Shown here: in pieces, positions 29,160 to 39,540 of the stretch
Position numbering within the stretch: position 1 is the stretch's first letter
Layout of the letters: the number at the start of each line of letters is the position of its first letter
Source: an uncultured Thermoprotei archaeon
GTDB lineage: Archaea; Thermoproteota; Thermoprotei; Thermofilales; B15-G2
DNA: 64,000 nucleotides
NCBI GenBank assembly: GCA_965367815.1
Contig: CBDUKN010000004.1
Location: 99,952 to 163,951 of the forward strand
Reading direction: 5' to 3'
Position numbers and translations under genes: made by a program
The notes under the pieces: generated by a model
Database searches by the model: none
What the model saw: only the letters and a program-made list of their open reading frames with translations
What the model was told of the DNA's origin: nothing

Positions 29160-30803
29160 CTCTCCTATTTTTACTCTGATTTGCTTGCGTGTATCTCTAT
29201 CTCTTATGGTGACAGTATTGTCTTGAAGTGTTTGCGAATCTATTGTTATTGCATAAGGAACACCTATTTCATCGTATTTTACATAGCGCTTACCTATGCT
29301 GCCTTCTTCATCGTACATTACGGTGAATTTTTCTTTGACAAGCATATTGTAGACTTTGCGCGCAACTTCAGGTAAATTATCTTTTTTGACTAGTGGGAGA
29401 ACTACGACATTTATTGGAGCTATATCTTTGGGTAGTGCTAAAATTATTCTTCCTTTTTCCTCTTTGTAAGCGTATTCTAAGGTAGCGTAAAGAAGGCGTT
29501 CTGCTCCGAAAGACGGTTCACTTACATGAGGTATGAATCTCTCGTAGTATTTTTTCTCTTCAATTATTTGAACATCTTTCTTCTCTATTTTTACGCCGTC
29601 TATTTCTATAAATCCTCTTTCTGACAGCTCCTTTTCTATTTCGTTAGGATCTTTTAACAGTAATTGATGAACTATCCGCGGTGGAATAGATTTATTAACT
29701 ACATTTATTTTCTTTACAATTATTGGCTCTGGTAATTTTCTGTAGGCTCTTAAATCTTCATTACTATATTTCATATGCTGTTTTAAATCGTAGTCTGTTC
29801 TATAAGAATGACCCGAGACTTCTGTCCATCCCCATCTTTCTAGGTATACAAGTTGGTCGAATGTTTGCACAGAATAATGAGCTTTTTCTGCAGGACCCTT
29901 TTCGACGAAAAGTTGCTTTTCGAAGGGAATTCCAAGAGCTTTTAAGAAATCTACACTAAGCGCCATAAAGTATGCGAGCCACTCATTTGAGATAAGGTTT
30001 TTTCGAACAGCTTCTCCTACAAGGAGAGTCACTACTTTTTCCTCGAGAGGTTTTTCTTCTTCGCTATATGGGACTATTCTTATCTCTTTGTCGCGTATAT
30101 TTTCTAAGAGAGGACATCGAGGGTTCTTAGGATCGAAGAAGAGCTCTATCTCCATTATTGTAAATTCTCTTAATCTTATTGGTCCTTGGCGGGGTGATAT
30201 CTCATTTCGCATTACATGTCCTATTTGTGCTATTCCTAGAGGCAGCTTTCTCCCTTTTAGTTCGTATATTCTCTTAAATGTCAAGAACATTCCTTGGGCA
30301 GCTTCAGGCCTAGCATAACCTACATTGTGGCTGTAGGGACCTATTGTTGTTTTGAATAGTAAGTTAAATTTGCTTACATGTGATAATTCTCCTCCACACT
30401 CAGGGCATCTAATGTTGTTTACAGCTATTATTTTTGATAACTCTTCTTCATTCATACCTTCCGCATTAATGCCTAATTTTTCTTCAACTAAGTGATCTGC
30501 TCTAAATTTTCTTCCACATGCTTTGCATTGGGTTATATAGTCTGTAAAGTGCTCTACGTGGCCAGAGGCTATGAATACTTTTTCTGGTGCTATGATAGGG
30601 GTCGTTATTTCGACAATAAAGTCTTGGTGTGGGATAATGAAAAATTCTCTCCATTTTCTCATTATATTCTGTAGTAGAAGAGTTCCTAGTGGTCCTAAAT
30701 CTATAAAACCTCCTACTCCACCGTAAATTTCGTAGGACTGCCAGAAAAATCCTCGTCTTTTTGCTAGCTCTACAAGTTTTTCGTATTTATCTACTTTTGT
30801 CAT
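29085..30803 (-). CDS. glyS: glycine--tRNA ligase (alpha2 type)
   Basis: KRRGF, RPEAAQG, RNEISPRQG, EPSFG, GSIGKRY. Confidence 0.95.
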   Translation of the reverse strand: MTKVDKYEKLVELAKRRGFFWQSYEIYGGVGGFIDLGPLGTLLLQNIMRKWREFFIIPHQDFIVEITTPIIAPEKVFIASGHVEHFTDYITQCKACGRKFRADHLVEEKLGINAEGMNEEELSKIIAVNNIRCPECGGELSHVSKFNLLFKTTIGPYSHNVGYARPEAAQGMFLTFKRIYELKGRKLPLGIAQIGHVMRNEISPRQGPIRLREFTIMEIELFFDPKNPRCPLLENIRDKEIRIVPYSEEEKPLEEKVVTLLVGEAVRKNLISNEWLAYFMALSVDFLKALGIPFEKQLFVEKGPAEKAHYSVQTFDQLVYLERWGWTEVSGHSYRTDYDLKQHMKYSNEDLRAYRKLPEPIIVKKINVVNKSIPPRIVHQLLLKDPNEIEKELSERGFIEIDGVKIEKKDVQIIEEKKYYERFIPHVSEPSFGAERLLYATLEYAYKEEKGRIILALPKDIAPINVVVLPLVKKDNLPEVARKVYNMLVKEKFTVMYDEEGSIGKRYVKYDEIGVPYAITIDSQTLQDNTVTIRDRDTRKQIRVKIGELPTVLRDLIYSNSSAYFNSNTSSK

Positions 30804-30856
30804 TTTAACCGGGTGATAAAGTATCTACAATTTATAAATACTTTTACTTAATCTCT

Positions 30857-30913
30857 TTGATGAAAACAGCGTGTCGGCCGAGCTATTGTGAAAAGCTATA
30901 TGTCCCACACCGA
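30857..30913 (+). ncRNA. box C/D-like sRNA candidate
   Basis: TTGATGA-aaacagcgtgtcgg-CCGA...TGTGA...CCGA about 25 nt after TTTATAAA; boxes imperfect and second guide long. Confidence 0.45.
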
Positions 30914-31016
30914 ATATTTCCAACTAAATTATATTTTTGTGTATACTTTTCGACGACTACAGTTGAAGTATCGTTGTCTAATAAATATTTAAGCGAATTG
31001 TTTTCAGTGATATTCT

Positions 31017-31910
31017 GTGAGTACATTAGATCTTTACTTAAAAGAACCGCAGATAACTTTTTTCGATAAAAAGGGAAGAATAGAGACATCAGAGTACGCG
31101 GTTATAGGCTGTCCATATGATTCAACGACTTCAAGAAGACCTGGAACTAGATTTGCTCCTTTAGCTATAAGATTAGCTTCCTATGAAATAGAATCCTTTA
31201 GCCTAAGGGCGCTTAAAGATTTCGAAGATGTAGAGCTGGTAGATTTAGGTGATATAGTTCCTCTCTACGGTAATGTGGAGAAGTACTTGGCAAGAATTGA
31301 GGCAGTTATAAAAGATTTAAAGAAATACAATTCACGTTTAAAGGCCGTGATTATTGGAGGAGAGCATACAATATCTTTAGCTGGAGTTAAAGCTTGCGGA
31401 GACATAGGTGTAGTAGTTTTCGATGCTCATATGGATCTTAGAGACGAATATCCTTTAGGAGACAAGGTATCTCATGCTACTGTCAGTAGAAGAATAAGTG
31501 AAGTAGTAGGAGAATCTAACGTGCTTTTATTAGGGGTTCGTGCATTTTGTAAAGATGAGTATCAATATGCTAAAGACAATAAAATAAAGTTTATTACTTC
31601 ACTGCAAATAATTAGAGATAAAAACAATGTAATTAAAAAAATAAGTGATTATGTATCTGTATATGATAGTATCTACCTGTCGATAGACATCGACGTCCTA
31701 GATCCTGCTTTTGCGCCTGGCGTAACTACACCCGAGCCTGAAGGTATTTCAGCTACGGATCTGCTTGATGTAATTTACCAAATTTCAGAAACAGGGGTCA
31801 AGCTTAACGCAGTAGATTTAGTTGAAGTGGCACCTCCTTACGATCATTCAGAAGTAACTTCTTCGCTAGCAGCGAAAGTATTAATGGAAACTATGCTTGC
31901 TTTTCGCTAA
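31017..31910 (+). CDS. speB: agmatinase
   Basis: [28 protein letters not shown]. Confidence 0.93.
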   Translation: MSTLDLYLKEPQITFFDKKGRIETSEYAVIGCPYDSTTSRRPGTRFAPLAIRLASYEIESFSLRALKDFEDVELVDLGDIVPLYGNVEKYLARIEAVIKDLKKYNSRLKAVIIGGEHTISLAGVKACGDIGVVVFDAHMDLRDEYPLGDKVSHATVSRRISEVVGESNVLLLGVRAFCKDEYQYAKDNKIKFITSLQIIRDKNNVIKKISDYVSVYDSIYLSIDIDVLDPAFAPGVTTPEPEGISATDLLDVIYQISETGVKLNAVDLVEVAPPYDHSEVTSSLAAKVLMETMLAFR

Positions 31911-32098
31911 GTCTCCTCTATTGGTTCTAAGGCAGAGGCTGGGGCTCTTATTTTTTTAACTATTGGCGGCCTTACTTTGATTATAATTTTATAGCCGCAA
32001 TAAGGACAGTGAACGCCTGGCAAAATGCTCATTTCTTCTTGATCAAAAGTTTTTCCGCATTTCATGCATTTGTACTTTTTCCATGCTAGTTCAGACAC
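31907..32098 (-). CDS. rpoP: RNA polymerase subunit Rpo12 (P)
   Basis: YKCMKCG...[14 protein letters not shown]. Confidence 0.9.
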   Translation of the reverse strand: MSELAWKKYKCMKCGKTFDQEEMSILPGVHCPYCGYKIIIKVRPPIVKKIRAPASALEPIEET

Positions 32099-32207
32099 AA
32101 GTGTTATGACACGAAGTTATATAAAAAGTTTATTAAGGCTATATATAGGTTAAAGAGTAAAACTTATTACCCGAGAAGTATAATATGGTAATGGCTCTGG
32201 GAAGAAA

Positions 32208-32516
32208 ATGAGCGAGATATGCCCTATATGTGGATTACCCAAAGACCTCTGCGTATGTGAAGCGATATCAAAAGAAGAGCAGCAAATAAGAATACGCCTA
32301 GAGCGTAGAAAAGGCAGAAGAGAAGTAACCATAATTGAAGGCATAGATGAAAAAGATTTTGACTTGTTTTCGCTTGCTGCGCAACTAAAGTCTAGGCTTG
32401 CCTGTGGAGGAACAGCAAAGAAAGGCAGAATAGAGCTACAAGGAGATCATCGAGAAAAAGTGAAAAACATATTAGTTGAAATGGGATTTCCTGTAGAAAA
32501 TATTATAGTCGAATAG
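32208..32516 (+). CDS. translation factor SUI1/aIF1 (YciH)
   Basis: [23 protein letters not shown]. Confidence 0.93.
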   Translation: MSEICPICGLPKDLCVCEAISKEEQQIRIRLERRKGRREVTIIEGIDEKDFDLFSLAAQLKSRLACGGTAKKGRIELQGDHREKVKNILVEMGFPVENIIVE

Positions 32517-32522
32517 AATTTA

Positions 32523-33047
32523 CTACTGTTTTTGAATTTCAAAAATTTTTCTAAGTCTTTTCTCGCCTCCTATTTCTTTAATAATATTTTTTACAGGATC
32601 TGGAACAAGGCTTTCCCATAAAGGATTGCCTTCAGCTAATAATCTTCTTATGAATGTTCCTTGAAGCTTTTCTCTATTGAAAAAGGGAATGCTGTATACA
32701 GGTATACCTTCTTCTTCAAAAAGTAGTCTAGTTAGAGGATCATTTGAGTATACTCGAGAAAAAGGAGGAGCGCAGTACTGAACTACTTTAACCCAAAATG
32801 CATGCTTTGAGTCTGTATCAGGTATGGGTACAAGAATGCACCTATCGCAGAGATTTTCTGATTTTAGTGTTAACCATATCATGAGCATTCGTTCACCTAA
32901 AGTGAAAGGATTTTTTATACTATGGGAGTACTGACAACTACCTATGCCTATTACTAGTTCTTTCTCTTTTTCTAGTATCCATTTAATTGCCATTAAGTGA
33001 CCCTTATGAAACGGCTGAAATCTGCCTATATAAAGTGCTCGAGACAC
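32523..33047 (-). CDS. nadM: nicotinamide-nucleotide adenylyltransferase
   Basis: GRFQPFHKGH, NPFTLGER, GTFIR. Confidence 0.93.
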   Translation of the reverse strand: MSRALYIGRFQPFHKGHLMAIKWILEKEKELVIGIGSCQYSHSIKNPFTLGERMLMIWLTLKSENLCDRCILVPIPDTDSKHAFWVKVVQYCAPPFSRVYSNDPLTRLLFEEEGIPVYSIPFFNREKLQGTFIRRLLAEGNPLWESLVPDPVKNIIKEIGGEKRLRKIFEIQKQ

Positions 33048-33106
33048 ATTTTTGAATACATGTTAAGCCTAAATAAATTGTCTGCGAAATACTTTGAGTC
33101 CTTGTG

Positions 33107-33892
33107 TTATATTAACATAATTTTGAAGCAGTTAAATACCATATATAATATTTTCAAGAAAAGAAAATATAATGTAACAAATAATACTGAACATAAAAGA
33201 GCAGCTTTTTCATCGATCTTACTTAAAAATAAATATAAAATGAAAGGATATATTGAAAATAAAAATGAATTTTCTGAAATAACATATTTTGAATGAAAAA
33301 GAACATAGGGAAATATTGTAATCATAGAGCTAGTAAGTGAAAGTAAAATTGAAAGTATTCTAGATCTATAAAAGAATACATGAGTTTTTATGCTGAGGAA
33401 ACTGACATTTTCTCTTAATTGTGTAGCAATATCTATTAGTTCATTTACAAATAATAAACACGATTTAAAACTCTTTTTATAAATTTTTATTAGTATTCTT
33501 AGTGAAATATCCACTAATTTTGACAGTGAAAAAATGTATTTATAATGTGAATTTGAAGTATGCAAACACATACTTTTTATTAATTTAATTATTATAGTGT
33601 ATATTTCTTGTTCAGATTTTTTAGCTGAAATAAAAGAGAACATTGCTCTTTCTAAATTTATTTTTGATTCCATCTTACTTTTTACATAATACAATAGTGT
33701 TATGAAGGTTTCTAACTCATTTAACTCTAAATCTATTAAATATTTTAGCGACAAAGTTTTTTTAATGATATAGAATAGCACTATGAAGTCAACAATTAAA
33801 CAATACTCAATATTATATACAATAAATAGTAATAAATTAATATACAGTAGGAGGTAAGTTAATATAATACAGATAATATTATTATTTTTCAT
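33107..33892 (-). CDS. very AT-rich membrane protein, putative TadC/T2SS-F-like
   Basis: TM-soluble-TM layout; position downstream of the secretion ATPase; sequence identity not recognisable. Confidence 0.45.
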   Translation of the reverse strand: MKNNNIICIILTYLLLYINLLLFIVYNIEYCLIVDFIVLFYIIKKTLSLKYLIDLELNELETFITLLYYVKSKMESKINLERAMFSFISAKKSEQEIYTIIIKLIKSMCLHTSNSHYKYIFSLSKLVDISLRILIKIYKKSFKSCLLFVNELIDIATQLRENVSFLSIKTHVFFYRSRILSILLSLTSSMITIFPYVLFHSKYVISENSFLFSIYPFILYLFLSKIDEKAALLCSVLFVTLYFLFLKILYMVFNCFKIMLI

Positions 33893-34380
33893 AGTATTAT
33901 CTTGCTTAATACTACTATTATAAGCATTATTGTTAATCCTATAAATGTTAAATAAATAATTTTAGTGAAAAATGGTATGTTAAATATAATCGCTGGTAGT
34001 ATCAAGGGAATGTAAAATAGAAACGATACTGCTAAAAGCATTGTTAGAGTATCTTCATATTTTTCGAGAAGTGTTTTGAGTACTCTGTTTACAAATAGAA
34101 GAAGTGTATCTTCATCAGCATTTTCTGCAAAGTACTTGTTAAAGGTTTTTCTCAGTATATTATTGTACTTACGTACCCTAATAAAAGAATTAAGTATTTT
34201 TAACAACGAGACATTATTTACATCTTTTATACTAATATTTACATTATAGTATTCACTTAATAAATGTATAAAGAATATTAATGATACTTTTTTATCTCGA
34301 TAAATATTTCTAATGACATTGTATATAAGTAATAAAATATTTATTTCGAGAAAATCATAAATTAAAGGCATACTTCTCAC
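33889..34380 (-). CDS. very AT-rich membrane protein, putative TadB-like
   Basis: C-terminal TM hairpin; overlaps both neighbouring genes. Confidence 0.4.
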   Translation of the reverse strand: MRSMPLIYDFLEINILLLIYNVIRNIYRDKKVSLIFFIHLLSEYYNVNISIKDVNNVSLLKILNSFIRVRKYNNILRKTFNKYFAENADEDTLLLFVNRVLKTLLEKYEDTLTMLLAVSFLFYIPLILPAIIFNIPFFTKIIYLTFIGLTIMLIIVVLSKIIL

Positions 34381-36088
34381 TTTTAGCTTTCCTTATAAAG
34401 GGTGTTGGATAAATAAGTAGGTTATTAGAAAGATTTCTATCATATATCTTTATAAAGCGAAAGGAATTATTCGTGTCTAATGGTTCGTAAACTTTATCAA
34501 CATATCTTATTACTTTGTTTTTATAATATGATTTTTTAGTAAAAATTATAATATCTATTAAGAATAACATATTATGACTTATATTGTAGTTATTTACAAT
34601 TCTATTTAAAAGTTTCTTAAGTGAATCTGAATGGCATGTAAATGCACATTTGAGGCCTGCTGAAAGAGCCAAAAATAGTGCTTTAAACTGGTCTTTGGAT
34701 TGAATTTCTCCTAAAATTATGTAATCGGGATTTCTGTGAAGAAGTTTAGTTACCTCTATCTCTTTGCCTTTGTACTTTGGGCTATCTATAGGGTATACTT
34801 TATATCGTGCTTGATGAGCTTTGCCAGTGATATCTCTTATACTTTCGACTACATCTTCAATGTATAGTTTACGATAAAACGAGGGAATTTCTCTATCTAG
34901 TGCATTTAAAAGCGTAGTTTTCCCTGTGCCAGGTTCTCCTACAATCATCAGGTTAGGGCGATATTTCATGCAAAGTCTAAGATAATTTACAAGAGTATGT
35001 GGTAGCATATTTATTTGTGCAAGTTTTTCTAATGAACATAAATAGATATTATGTTTTCTTATATTCAATATTATATCGTCAACTGCTAGAGGACTTATAT
35101 CTACACTAACTCTTACAGCGAAAAATTTTGTTATGAGTTCTGTTTTTAGTGAGGGATTTGTTTCATCTATGATATCTCCAGTTTCTATTTTAAGTCTAGT
35201 GATTATATTATCTATATCATCTTTGTTCAATTTAATATTTGTTAGGCACCTGCCATATTTTATATGGTCTAGGTAGATGTGAGAATTCACTCCGTCGAGA
35301 TATATCTCCTGTATGTTTCTATCTAATAGAAATGCCATGAGTTTATGTAAGCCCAATATTTTATGACATAAGTATTTGCTTGTGTTTGTAATAAAATTCT
35401 TATAATTAATATTAAAGTCTATAAAATCTAGTAAGAGCTTGTCTACGCAAATTTTACTTAGACATAAAATTAATTTATTTAGATTGTATGATAAAATATT
35501 CGCAGATATTATTTCGCTAAATTTTGCATATAAATAATTTAGAAGAAGGATGCTGATATTGTTAACTATAATACTAGGTTTAACAATATAGTAACTTTCT
35601 TTTTCTCCTAAAATAATGTTAATTGTGTACGGTGGGATATCATAAACAGTTACTTCCTTATGCCTAAGTGCTATATCTCTGTTTGGTGGTGAAAAGTACT
35701 CTGTTAAAGATAGAGGTTGAGTTTTTATACTTTTATATGTCTTTAATATTCTATAAATTTTTGTCAATATTTTGTAGACTTCTTTACTTGATTTTTTAAG
35801 CTGCTTTTTATATGAATCTATAATATTAAGTGATGTTTCTAAATCATTTCTTGCCAAAAATCCGGGAAATGGAAAGACTGAAAAAACTTCTGATAAGTCT
35901 TGTAGTACATCGTAGTCAATGTTTGAGTGTAGTTTTTCACTGTTTGAAATAATACTGTTTCTTAGCTTTCTTATTAAATTTGATAGTAGTATTATGTTTT
36001 GATCCGTCACTTCGTTCGATAGGCTTTCAGATAGTGATAGTATGTATGCACTTATGTATATATTATTTGGCATCGGCATTCTTTGCAA
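34355..36088 (-). CDS. type II/IV secretion (pilus assembly) ATPase, VirB11/TadA family
   Basis: LLDRNIQEIYLDG, GEPGTGKTT, YIEDVVE, LLHRNPDYIILGEI, FTCHS. Confidence 0.85.
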   Translation of the reverse strand: MQRMPMPNNIYISAYILSLSESLSNEVTDQNIILLSNLIRKLRNSIISNSEKLHSNIDYDVLQDLSEVFSVFPFPGFLARNDLETSLNIIDSYKKQLKKSSKEVYKILTKIYRILKTYKSIKTQPLSLTEYFSPPNRDIALRHKEVTVYDIPPYTINIILGEKESYYIVKPSIIVNNISILLLNYLYAKFSEIISANILSYNLNKLILCLSKICVDKLLLDFIDFNINYKNFITNTSKYLCHKILGLHKLMAFLLDRNIQEIYLDGVNSHIYLDHIKYGRCLTNIKLNKDDIDNIITRLKIETGDIIDETNPSLKTELITKFFAVRVSVDISPLAVDDIILNIRKHNIYLCSLEKLAQINMLPHTLVNYLRLCMKYRPNLMIVGEPGTGKTTLLNALDREIPSFYRKLYIEDVVESIRDITGKAHQARYKVYPIDSPKYKGKEIEVTKLLHRNPDYIILGEIQSKDQFKALFLALSAGLKCAFTCHSDSLKKLLNRIVNNYNISHNMLFLIDIIIFTKKSYYKNKVIRYVDKVYEPLDTNNSFRFIKIYDRNLSNNLLIYPTPFIRKAKSEKYAFNL

Positions 36089-36965
36089 TGCTTATAATTG
36101 TTGGTAAACGTTTTCTTATACTACTTTCATTTACATCTAAAATATCTGCTATAGCTTTAATGCTAACCTTTTCTCCTCTATTGATTACCTTTGAGACAGA
36201 ATAGTAGACTATTGTGGCAGCTAATACCCGTGGACTTTTTCCTTGTATTATGCGTGAGTCAAGATGCTTGAGTATTAAATTACATTCTCTTAGACATAGT
36301 CTTCTTTCCTTTACTGAAAGATTTAGAGTATTCATTACCTTATTCAGAAAACGCATAGTGTATTCCTTTACTCCGGGTCTACTGTAAACGATTCCCTTTT
36401 TGGAAAGCATTTGCATGATTTCCCATATGTTGCTTAGCGATGTTCTATGGCCTCTTTCAGCGTATGCTTTTACTATTTTATTTATATTGTACCCATATTT
36501 CTTAGCGGCATATATCAGGCAGGCAGCTGCTATTCGATGATAGAAAGGTCTTCTTCTGTTTAATGTTGGCACTATGTGCTGACATGCAAATATGTAGAGT
36601 TTTTTAGCTTCATTTACAACATAGTTTGGTAAACCTAATTTAAATGCAATAAAGTTAAGTTCTTTAAATACTCTTAAATGCGTGGATCTATTGCCATATT
36701 TAATGTGAATATGGTACTCTCTAAGTTTTCTATAGAAGATATTCGCCGGTCTTTTAAGAAAATCTCTCATAGGACGTGGAATGAAAGACCCATCTTCAGC
36801 ATCAGTTGTTAACACTTTTTTTGAAATAGTGTCGTCGGCTACAGTTAATGGAGTGTCCCAGTATCTATATCCGTGTACTGTTCCACACTGACTGCACACT
36901 ATTTCTCCTTCGGGAGTCTCCACTAATGGTCCTTGACATTTAGTGCACCTATTATACATCAACAC
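36063..36965 (-). CDS. divergent TFB (TFIIB) paralog
   Basis: Zn ribbon CTKC..GEIVCSQCG, cyclin repeats (AAACLIYA; GKSPRVLAATIVY), C-terminal HTH. Confidence 0.82.
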   Translation of the reverse strand: MLMYNRCTKCQGPLVETPEGEIVCSQCGTVHGYRYWDTPLTVADDTISKKVLTTDAEDGSFIPRPMRDFLKRPANIFYRKLREYHIHIKYGNRSTHLRVFKELNFIAFKLGLPNYVVNEAKKLYIFACQHIVPTLNRRRPFYHRIAAACLIYAAKKYGYNINKIVKAYAERGHRTSLSNIWEIMQMLSKKGIVYSRPGVKEYTMRFLNKVMNTLNLSVKERRLCLRECNLILKHLDSRIIQGKSPRVLAATIVYYSVSKVINRGEKVSIKAIADILDVNESSIRKRLPTIISIAKNADAK

Positions 36966-37083
36966 TAATAGCAGTTTTTCCCTTTATATTCATTGTAGGA
37001 AAATTTTTACCATAAGAAAGCAGAAAAAAGTTTCAGTCTACTCTCAAGTAAATTTTATTGAAGTGATAAAGGAATATGTGCTT

Positions 37084-37374
37084 ATGGAATGCCGTAGAAT
37101 AGAGAATATTATTTTTTCTAAAATTGCTATGAAAATACTTATAGCATTATATCTTTCTAAAAAGCCTATGACGAAGTATCAGTTAATGAAAAAAGTTAAT
37201 GTTAATTACAAGATATTAGTTGACAGACTTAATAAGCTGATAGAAATAGGTCTTATCGAAGTACATTATTATAAACCGCTACGCTATAGTTTATCTAAAA
37301 GGATTTTCATCAATAAGGAGTATGAGCCTATATTGAAATATATTGAGGCTATGTCTAATATCATAAGGCTTTAA
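37084..37374 (+). CDS. winged-helix transcriptional regulator
   Basis: MKILIAL...TKYQLMKKVNVNYKILVDRLNKLIEIGLI; start 37084 preferred to 36943. Confidence 0.7.
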   Translation: MECRRIENIIFSKIAMKILIALYLSKKPMTKYQLMKKVNVNYKILVDRLNKLIEIGLIEVHYYKPLRYSLSKRIFINKEYEPILKYIEAMSNIIRL

Positions 37375-37888
37375 TAGCTTCGTAATATGAGATATTCCCA
37401 TCCTTATCTACTATTGCTAATATTGGTATTCGCTTATTTTTTAAAGCTTTTTCGATGATATCTACTAGTTCCGTTATAGATATTGGCTTACCTTCAGATA
37501 AAATAAAAACAGAATACTTTATTTCACCTTCTTTTCCTCTTGAGAACAGGATAGTAGGTGGTGTAGCTTCATGGACTATTCGAGGGATGTATCCTCTTTT
37601 TCTAAGATCTCTATAGACTATGTATAAATCCCATATTTCTGGATTGCTACTCCAGCAGAAAATAAAGACATCTTCTTTATTGAGTATTTTGTCCTTAATT
37701 TTAACAATATACTTACCGCTCTCTAGCAGGTAGAGTATCTCGGCTAAATGAAGTAAGTATTCATCGCCATAACTTATTCCGATTCCGCGGTCTTTTAAAA
37801 CAGAAATTTTTTCTCTATTGACCAGTGCAAAGTAATCTTCCTTAGGCTCTACTATAAGTTCGATAATCGACTGTTTTTCTTGCTTCAT
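37361..37888 (-). CDS. tRNA splicing endonuclease, structural (beta) subunit
   Basis: LAEILYL, YIVYRDLRKRGY, LAIVDKDGNISYY; lacks the Tyr/His/Lys triad. Confidence 0.85.
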   Translation of the reverse strand: MKQEKQSIIELIVEPKEDYFALVNREKISVLKDRGIGISYGDEYLLHLAEILYLLESGKYIVKIKDKILNKEDVFIFCWSSNPEIWDLYIVYRDLRKRGYIPRIVHEATPPTILFSRGKEGEIKYSVFILSEGKPISITELVDIIEKALKNKRIPILAIVDKDGNISYYEAIKAL

Positions 37889-37936
37889 ACTCGTCTCAAT
37901 ATTCTGACTAGAGCAAATATATAAGTGAAAATTAGG

Positions 37937-38048
37937 TGGGGCCGGTGGGATTTGAACCCACGTCCTTCCGGTATCTTCCCGGAAGGATCTGGAGCCGGAC
38001 TCTGGCCGGTGGAGGCCCGGTCGCCATACCTGGCTAGGCTACGGCCCC
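37937..38048 (-). tRNA. tRNA-Trp(CCA) with two introns
   Basis: 112 nt = 74-nt cloverleaf (TCCGG-CT-CCA-GA-CCGGA) + ~22-nt insert near 25/26 + 16-nt insert at 37/38. Confidence 0.85.
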
Positions 38049-38154
38049 AGCTACTACTTCTATTCAGTCAAAAATAAACTTTTCTTCGTTAAGTGGAGGC
38101 ATGTACTTGCGTAAAAACAGAAAACTTATATAATCTCATGGAAGAAGAAATCAT

Positions 38155-38231
38155 GCCGGCGTAGCTTAGCCTGGTAGAGCACCCGGCTGTTAACCGGGTG
38201 GCCGTGGGTTCAAATCCCACCGCCGGCGCCA
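38155..38231 (+). tRNA. tRNA-Asn(GTT)
   Basis: GCCGGCG stem, CCCGG-CT-GTT-AA-CCGGG, encoded CCA. Confidence 0.95.
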
Positions 38232-38570
38232 CTAAGAGCTTGCTTAACCTCCCATTTTCTCCTTAGATCTCTGTTGTTATAGCTCATTATTCTTCAGATT
38301 ATCGATATTATTTAAACTAAAGCCTTAGACTGTGACCTTTTTTGTATTGTTTTGAATCTTTTTTGTTTTATTCTTGTTTTGCGCTGATTGATGTGGTGCT
38401 CTATAAAGTGATGAGAGTACTACTCTGGACTCTACAGGGCTTTTTCATGTAGATGAGAGGCTGTGTCGTTGGACTCAACAGTTGTTCATGATCTCGTAAC
38501 TTTGTCCGAGGACTAATGGAGAGCTAGAGCCCATAAACTTAATATTCTTGAGTACGGATTCTACACGCAA

Positions 38571-39533
38571 ATGTATACTGTAGTCGATCTCTTTTGTGGA
38601 GCAGGAGGATTTTCTAGGGGCTTTCACCTTGAAGGGTTTGAAGTAGTGTTGGGTATAGACAACTCTCCTCAAGCCTCTAAAACTTTTTCAAAAAATTTCA
38701 AGAAAGCTATAGTTATTTGCTCTGATATAAAAGAAGTGTCAGGGCTAGATATTTTAAGGGAACTTGGATATAGGCCCGATGTAGTTATTGGAGGACCACC
38801 TTGTGAAGCATTTACTCGGACAAATCCTCTTAGAATGCCTAATCCTATTGACCGGCTATACTTAGACTCAGTAGGACAGTTAACCCTGCATTTCATAAGA
38901 ATAGTGGGAGAACTAAAACCTAAGGTATTCGTTATGGAAAATGTTCCGAGTATTATTGAAGGAGAATTAAAACAAGCTTTACGTGAAGAGTTCGCGAAAG
39001 CAGGGTATAAGAAAATATACTTTAACATACTCAGAGCAGAAGACTACGGAAATCCTTCAATCAGGAGAAGAATATTTATATCGAATATCAAGCTGTCTCC
39101 TCCTAAATTAAGGAAGAAAACTACGGTGGCTGAAGCTATAGGAGACTTACCTGAACCCGGAGTATCGTCGGATATACCTAATCACGAGTATACTCCTTTT
39201 TCTCCGAGAAAATTAAGAAAAATATCTAGATTAAAGTGGGGTCAAGCACTTATAATCTACAAGGGTGCTGAAGGTCGATACTACAAAAACTATATAAGGT
39301 TACATCCAAATAAGCTTGCACCGACAGTAATGGGGTCTTCTCGCTTTGTTCACCCCTATAGCGATAGGCTACTTACTGTTCGCGAACAAGCCAGACTCAT
39401 GGGGTTCCCCGATTATCATGTCTTTTACGGTGGAAGAGATTCTCAGTACAATCAAGTAGGAGAAGCAGTTCCAGTACCGCTAGCTAAGGCTATAGCGAGA
39501 GAAGTATATAAGGTACTCGAAAACCTACTATAG
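38571..39533 (+). CDS. C5 cytosine methyltransferase (orphan)
   Basis: DLFCGAGG, GGPPC, MENV, RRRIF, LTVREQARLMGFP, GEAVP. Confidence 0.92.
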   Translation: MYTVVDLFCGAGGFSRGFHLEGFEVVLGIDNSPQASKTFSKNFKKAIVICSDIKEVSGLDILRELGYRPDVVIGGPPCEAFTRTNPLRMPNPIDRLYLDSVGQLTLHFIRIVGELKPKVFVMENVPSIIEGELKQALREEFAKAGYKKIYFNILRAEDYGNPSIRRRIFISNIKLSPPKLRKKTTVAEAIGDLPEPGVSSDIPNHEYTPFSPRKLRKISRLKWGQALIIYKGAEGRYYKNYIRLHPNKLAPTVMGSSRFVHPYSDRLLTVREQARLMGFPDYHVFYGGRDSQYNQVGEAVPVPLAKAIAREVYKVLENLL

Positions 39534-39540
39534 TGCAGTC

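Noticed and set aside
30857-31089. Small ORFs 30857+ and 30883-
   Set aside because: No protein features; the region is better explained by a promoter and an sRNA candidate.
38232-38570. 340-nt spacer after tRNA-Asn with GTGATGA at ~38408 and the 38475-38672 ORF
   Set aside because: No properly spaced D'/C'/D boxes, no att duplication and no convincing protein; left unassigned.
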